Below are positions 60,324 through 64,000 of a stretch of 64,000 nt of DNA, one piece after another (position 1 is the stretch's first letter; each line of letters begins with the position of its first letter). Below the pieces are notes generated by a model that was not told the DNA's origin, searched no databases, and saw only the letters and a program-made list of their open reading frames with translations. Where the stretch lies: positions 37,824 to 101,823 of the forward strand of contig CAZWZF010000005.1 of NCBI GenBank assembly GCA_964638715.1, in the 5' to 3' direction. The stretch comes from an uncultured bacterium (lineage in GTDB: Bacteria; Armatimonadota; Hebobacteria; CAIYQO01). The position numbers and the translations under genes are program-made.

Positions 60324-60352
60324 AAACGCCGCACTAATAATGTGCGGCGTTT
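60324..60352. terminator. bidirectional terminator between convergent genes
   Basis: AAACGCCGCAC-taataat-GTGCGGCGTTT with flanking A/T runs. Confidence 0.7.
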
Positions 60353-60363
60353 CTTGTATAACA

Positions 60364-61332
60364 TTAACTCTTCATTTCAAAATTCGCAATACCCTTCAAC
60401 GATTTTTCCAGGCTGCCATTTTTCAGTTTCTTCATCGCGTCTGCGTTTCCCATTAAATACGCGTCCCAATACAGATCGCTGGCTGATTTGATGTATTGCT
60501 GATATTTTGCGTCTTCGCGGGTGGGGTCGCCAGCTTTGCGGCCGCTGAATATCATGTGATCGCCGCCGATGAAGGTTATCAGGTATTGGTCCACACCTTT
60601 TATATGGTCATAAGGAATACGGCGGTCTTCCGCTTTTGTACCTTTTCCAATATTGCTGGAATCTTTCGTTCCGGTCATGTGCATTACCGGTATTTTTACA
60701 TTACCATAAACGTCATCCCACTGATCCTTGGTTCCTGTTACCGGTGAAGACATGGCAATGACTGCTTTAACGCGGTCATCTCCGAAGGATTTTCTGCCGG
60801 CAAGTTTTATTCCTGCCGCAGCAAGTGCGGTAAATGACCCGAAAGAATGCCCGGCAACTCCGATTTTTGATTCATCGATTCTTCCCCGTAATATTCCCTT
60901 AATTTCTCCACGATTTATTTTAAATAAAGTATCAATGGCGAATGTAATATCAAGCGGGCGATTAATGGCGTTTGTCGGGTTTACTGCGGCCTTATCCATT
61001 GCAGGTTTGATTTCCAGCAGCTTTTTTCCTTTCCAGACAGAAGTATCGCTGCCAATGTGGGTGAGATGAACAGATATGTAACCGCGTGATGCCCATTCTT
61101 TGCCCAGGTATTCGTAGCCATCTCTGGAACCGCCTAATCCATGAGAAAATATAATCACAGCACAAGTCGCATTCTTGTCAGTCGGATAATATATCTTCAC
61201 CGGTACATCACGGTCGCGTTTCGCGTCATGCCAGGTGTCCAAGTAAGAATCAACCTGAAAACCGGCGACAGGTGCAGCCGCGAATGAAGTTATTACTAAT
61301 AGTAAAGAAAACAATATCAACAGATATCTCAT
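60364..61332 (-). CDS. secreted alpha/beta hydrolase (PAF-acetylhydrolase/dienelactone hydrolase-like)
   Basis: Signal peptide. VIIFSHGLGGSRDGYEYLG and GVAGHSFGSFTA (GxSxG) motifs. Confidence 0.65.
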   Translation of the reverse strand: MRYLLILFSLLLVITSFAAAPVAGFQVDSYLDTWHDAKRDRDVPVKIYYPTDKNATCAVIIFSHGLGGSRDGYEYLGKEWASRGYISVHLTHIGSDTSVWKGKKLLEIKPAMDKAAVNPTNAINRPLDITFAIDTLFKINRGEIKGILRGRIDESKIGVAGHSFGSFTALAAAGIKLAGRKSFGDDRVKAVIAMSSPVTGTKDQWDDVYGNVKIPVMHMTGTKDSSNIGKGTKAEDRRIPYDHIKGVDQYLITFIGGDHMIFSGRKAGDPTREDAKYQQYIKSASDLYWDAYLMGNADAMKKLKNGSLEKSLKGIANFEMKS

Positions 61333-61448
61333 CGTTTTACCTCGTAACTATTATACAGAAATGCTTGAAAAGTAGTTGCAGAAATATAAAATCTTATTGC
61401 TTAAAGGTTTACACCTTACTCTTATACTCATCTTCAAATTTATTACGA

Positions 61449-61477
61449 TTTTGACCCCTAACGAGGTCAACATTAAA
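61449..61477 (+). repeat. diverged REP-like hairpin unit (TTGACCCC-taac-GAGGTCAA)
   Basis: The same GATTTT lead-in and hairpin geometry as 44827-44858, but a weaker match. Confidence 0.4.
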
Positions 61478-61501
61478 AGTAAACATTTATCAGAAATATA
61501 A

Positions 61502-61526
61502 AAGGACAGGCGTAAAACCTGTCCTT
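61502..61526 (-). terminator. rho-independent terminator of the yhbY-like gene
   Basis: AAGGACAGG-cgtaaaa-CCTGTCCTT, followed on the minus strand by TTATATTT. Confidence 0.65.
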
Positions 61527-61551
61527 AAATTTTAAACTATGTTAGACCACT

Positions 61552-61848
61552 TTACGGCAATTTTATCTGTTCTTTCAAAGTAACATTTGGTTTATACAAC
61601 AGAAATGTGAATCCTACTTTGCTTATCATATTACTATTGGTTGCTTCTGCCAGTTCGGCGGCGATATCCGCGGTATCATCCGGGGAGTTTTTCAATACCC
61701 GCACTTTGATGAGTTCGCGGCGGTTAAATGTTTCTTCGGTTGCGGCGATACATTCTTCGCTGACGCCATCTTTGCCGATGTGCATTATCGGTTCCAGGGT
61801 TTGTCCCAGGCTGCGCAGGTGCTTTTTTTGTTTGCTTGTCAGTTCCAT
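61552..61848 (-). CDS. yhbY: CRM-domain RNA-binding protein YhbY
   Basis: LTSKQKKHLRSLGQTLEPIMHIGKDGVSE...RELIKVRVL matches the YhbY/CRS1 pattern. GGAGG RBS. The start lies 2 nt after the upstream stop. Confidence 0.75.
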   Translation of the reverse strand: MELTSKQKKHLRSLGQTLEPIMHIGKDGVSEECIAATEETFNRRELIKVRVLKNSPDDTADIAAELAEATNSNMISKVGFTFLLYKPNVTLKEQIKLP

Positions 61849-61849
61849 A

Positions 61850-63238
61850 TTATTTGCCTCCATTAATTAAATTTTCGCCGGCGTGAAGCAATATTTCTAC
61901 CGCTTCATCAGATTCTGCTTCGGCATAAACCCTTACTACCGGTTCGGTACCACTTGGCCGCAACAGCAGCCAGGCACCGTCGGCAAAGTAGAATTTTGTT
62001 CCGTCTTTCTTGTCGATGCTCTCTATTTTTCTGCCTGCCAGTTCGCTATTATTCGCATTTGTTATGCGATCGCGAATTGTCGGCATATCGGCAACATTCG
62101 GGTGCATATCAATGCGGTTGTATGCGTGGAAACCACATCGCGTGTAAACGTCATTAACCAATTCACCCAGTTTTTTGCCGCTTTGCGCCATGGCTTCCAT
62201 TAACAGCAGGCCCATCAGCACACCGTCGCGTTCGGGCAGGTGTCCGCGAATTCCGATACCGCCGCTTTCCTCACCGCCGATTAATACATCTTCTTGCAGC
62301 ATTTTCTCGCAGATATATTTGAAACCGATTGGTGTTACAGAATATGGCAAATCAAGCTGTTTGCACAGAATATCTATCATGCTGGTGGTGCTGACGGTTT
62401 TTACAACCGGACCGCGCCAACCGCGTTTTTCAACCAAATGCAGCAATGCCACGGCAAATATGCGATGACTGTCCACCATATTGCCATTTTCGTCTGCGGC
62501 ACCGATTCTATCCGCGTCGCCATCAAGTGCGATACCTGCAAATGCGCCATTGACTTTTACTGCGTCAAATAGCGCCTGCAGGTTTTTTGCGATTGGTTCT
62601 GGATTGATGCCGCCAAAATTAAGATCGCGAGTACTTCTGATAGAAATAACTTCTGTTTTCCCACCCGCCAATAATTTCTCTAAATAACCGATACCGCTGC
62701 CATGCATGCAATCGACAACCACGCGCCAACCGGCGGATTTTATCAGATTGATATCTACAAGGGTCGCTAAATGATTTAAATAATCAGAAGTTATATCCGC
62801 AGTAACAATTGATCCGTTGCCCGGTACAGGATTTTCACCGAGGTAGGACTCGATTTTCGACATTATTTCCGGCATACCGCTGCCGCCATAATTAGCTTTA
62901 AACTTGAAACCATTAAAAGTCGGCGGGTTGTGGCTGGCGGTAATCATTATTCCGCCCATTCTGCCGTTATGCTTCACGGCAAATGCCAATGCCGGAGATG
63001 AAATCGCGACATCAGACAATGTTACAGCAAAGCCGGCTTTTGAAAGTTCTTCGGCAGAAATACGGGCAAAATCTTCCGCTTTACGGCGGTTATCATACCC
63101 TACCATTACACCGCTGCCCGCAGGTTTGTCTTTTTGCAGATAAACTGCCAGTGCCCGCGCTACTATTCGCACATTATCATCAGTAAAGTCATCATCAATT
63201 ATTCCGCGCCAACCGTCGGTGCCGAATTTAATAGTCAT
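61850..63238 (-). CDS. alpha-D-phosphohexomutase (phosphomannomutase/phosphoglucomutase family)
   Basis: TASHNPPTFNGFKF active-site loop, ALDGDADRIGA metal loop and GGEESGG sugar loop. Confidence 0.8.
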   Translation of the reverse strand: MTIKFGTDGWRGIIDDDFTDDNVRIVARALAVYLQKDKPAGSGVMVGYDNRRKAEDFARISAEELSKAGFAVTLSDVAISSPALAFAVKHNGRMGGIMITASHNPPTFNGFKFKANYGGSGMPEIMSKIESYLGENPVPGNGSIVTADITSDYLNHLATLVDINLIKSAGWRVVVDCMHGSGIGYLEKLLAGGKTEVISIRSTRDLNFGGINPEPIAKNLQALFDAVKVNGAFAGIALDGDADRIGAADENGNMVDSHRIFAVALLHLVEKRGWRGPVVKTVSTTSMIDILCKQLDLPYSVTPIGFKYICEKMLQEDVLIGGEESGGIGIRGHLPERDGVLMGLLLMEAMAQSGKKLGELVNDVYTRCGFHAYNRIDMHPNVADMPTIRDRITNANNSELAGRKIESIDKKDGTKFYFADGAWLLLRPSGTEPVVRVYAEAESDEAVEILLHAGENLINGGK

Positions 63239-63360
63239 TTGTGTGAAACCTCGTTAATTGGGAATTGTTGCCGATATATTATAACAAATTGCGGCTTTTC
63301 CTGCTGTATATTTTAATATGCTGAAGTTCTGTTATTGATATGGCATCAAAAAAAGAAAAA

Positions 63361-63417
63361 CTGAACACTGAAAACTAAAAACTGAACACTGAAAACTGAA
63401 CACTGAACACTGAACAC
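63361..63417. repeat. heptanucleotide array CTGAACA/CTGAAAA/CTAAAAA x8, abutting the histidine kinase stop codon
   Basis: Eight 7-nt units read directly. The stop complement TTA sits at 63418-63420. Confidence 0.85.
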
Positions 63418-64000
63418 TTAAATCTCTGAAACCCCAATAGTGTTATATTTATCATTCAGAGTAAACCAGAAGTTGCTTCCTTCGTCCGGCACACTGTATA
63501 CGCCAATTTCGCCTTGATGGCTTTGGATAACTAATTTGCAGAATGCAAGTCCTAATCCGGTGGAATATTTGCGATTATTCGTACGCGAATTAACCTGACC
63601 AAATTTCTCAAATATTTTCGTATGATATTCTGCCGGTATTCCTGGTCCGTTGTCTATTATTGAAACACGAATATAATCATCCGGCCGTTCTACTCTAACG
63701 ATTATCTTACCGCCCATCTGGCTGAATTTGACAGCATTACTCAGTAGATTTTGCAGCACCCGGCGAATCAGCCCGCTATCGCAATGAATTTCTGGCTTGT
63801 CTGTCATCATTTCAATCTTTAAGTCAATATCTGTATGTTCAATGCTTAGCAGTTTTGTCGCTTGCTGGATTAAATATTCAATATTGCACTGGCTGACATT
63901 TATGGGCATTTTTCCTTCTTCCAGCCTGCTGATATCCAGCAATGAGTTTACCATTTCTGTCAGTTCATGGGTTGTTGCCAGTGTCGATTCTAAATAACCC
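63418..64000 (-). CDS. sensor histidine kinase, C-terminal part (5' end outside the window)
   Basis: HATPase_c boxes: N box RRVLQNLLSNAVKF, G1 IIDNGPGIP, G2 GLGLAFCK. The frame is open to the window edge. Confidence 0.8.
   Translation of the reverse strand, partial: GYLESTLATTHELTEMVNSLLDISRLEEGKMPINVSQCNIEYLIQQATKLLSIEHTDIDLKIEMMTDKPEIHCDSGLIRRVLQNLLSNAVKFSQMGGKIIVRVERPDDYIRVSIIDNGPGIPAEYHTKIFEKFGQVNSRTNNRKYSTGLGLAFCKLVIQSHQGEIGVYSVPDEGSNFWFTLNDKYNTIGVSEI

Noticed and set aside
51363-63417. The tandem arrays and palindromic repeats considered as a CRISPR array.
   Set aside because: The units are 7 nt with no spacers, and the REP-like units are isolated or paired. There are no cas genes. 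This is not CRISPR architecture.

Overview
The window is a mosaic glycan-utilisation region, mostly AT-rich. It probably comes from a lineage with an expanded prepilin-type H-X9-DG protein family (PVC-like or a related candidate phylum; this is inference only). Backbone genes encode CAZymes and esterases: a GH63/37-like barrel, a GHL6-like protein, a CE7-like esterase, a SASA-type sialate O-acetylesterase, GH29 fucosidase, GH57 and a clan-A GH. There are also several very large secreted proteins with CBM9-like modules, three regulators (two AraC, one GntR/LacI hybrid), tRNA-Thr(UGU), and housekeeping genes at the right end (beta-CASP RNase, LeuC-like dehydratase, YhbY, phosphohexomutase, partial histidine kinase).

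Four observations stand out:
1. Six intact, one leaderless and one stub copy of prepilin-type H-X9-DG genes share a near-invariant leader but carry different C-terminal beta-sandwich modules. Three of them sit directly behind regulators.
2. Strongly GC-rich blocks (about 20.8-24.3, 30.0-36.1, 39.55-44.4 and 47.7-48.5 kb) and an intermediate-GC GH38 block have junctions that fall inside ORFs. Two extra copies of the 3' end of the FAD-oxidoreductase/discoidin gene mark those junctions.
3. Heptanucleotide tandem arrays abut stop codons or promoters, and many units embed TTGACA.
4. A decayed RAYT/IS200-type transposase remnant, a REP-like hairpin family and a large composite palindrome are present.

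Many truncated gene remnants are also present. Assembly chimerism cannot be excluded from the sequence alone. All function calls rest on motif recognition by eye; no searches were run.
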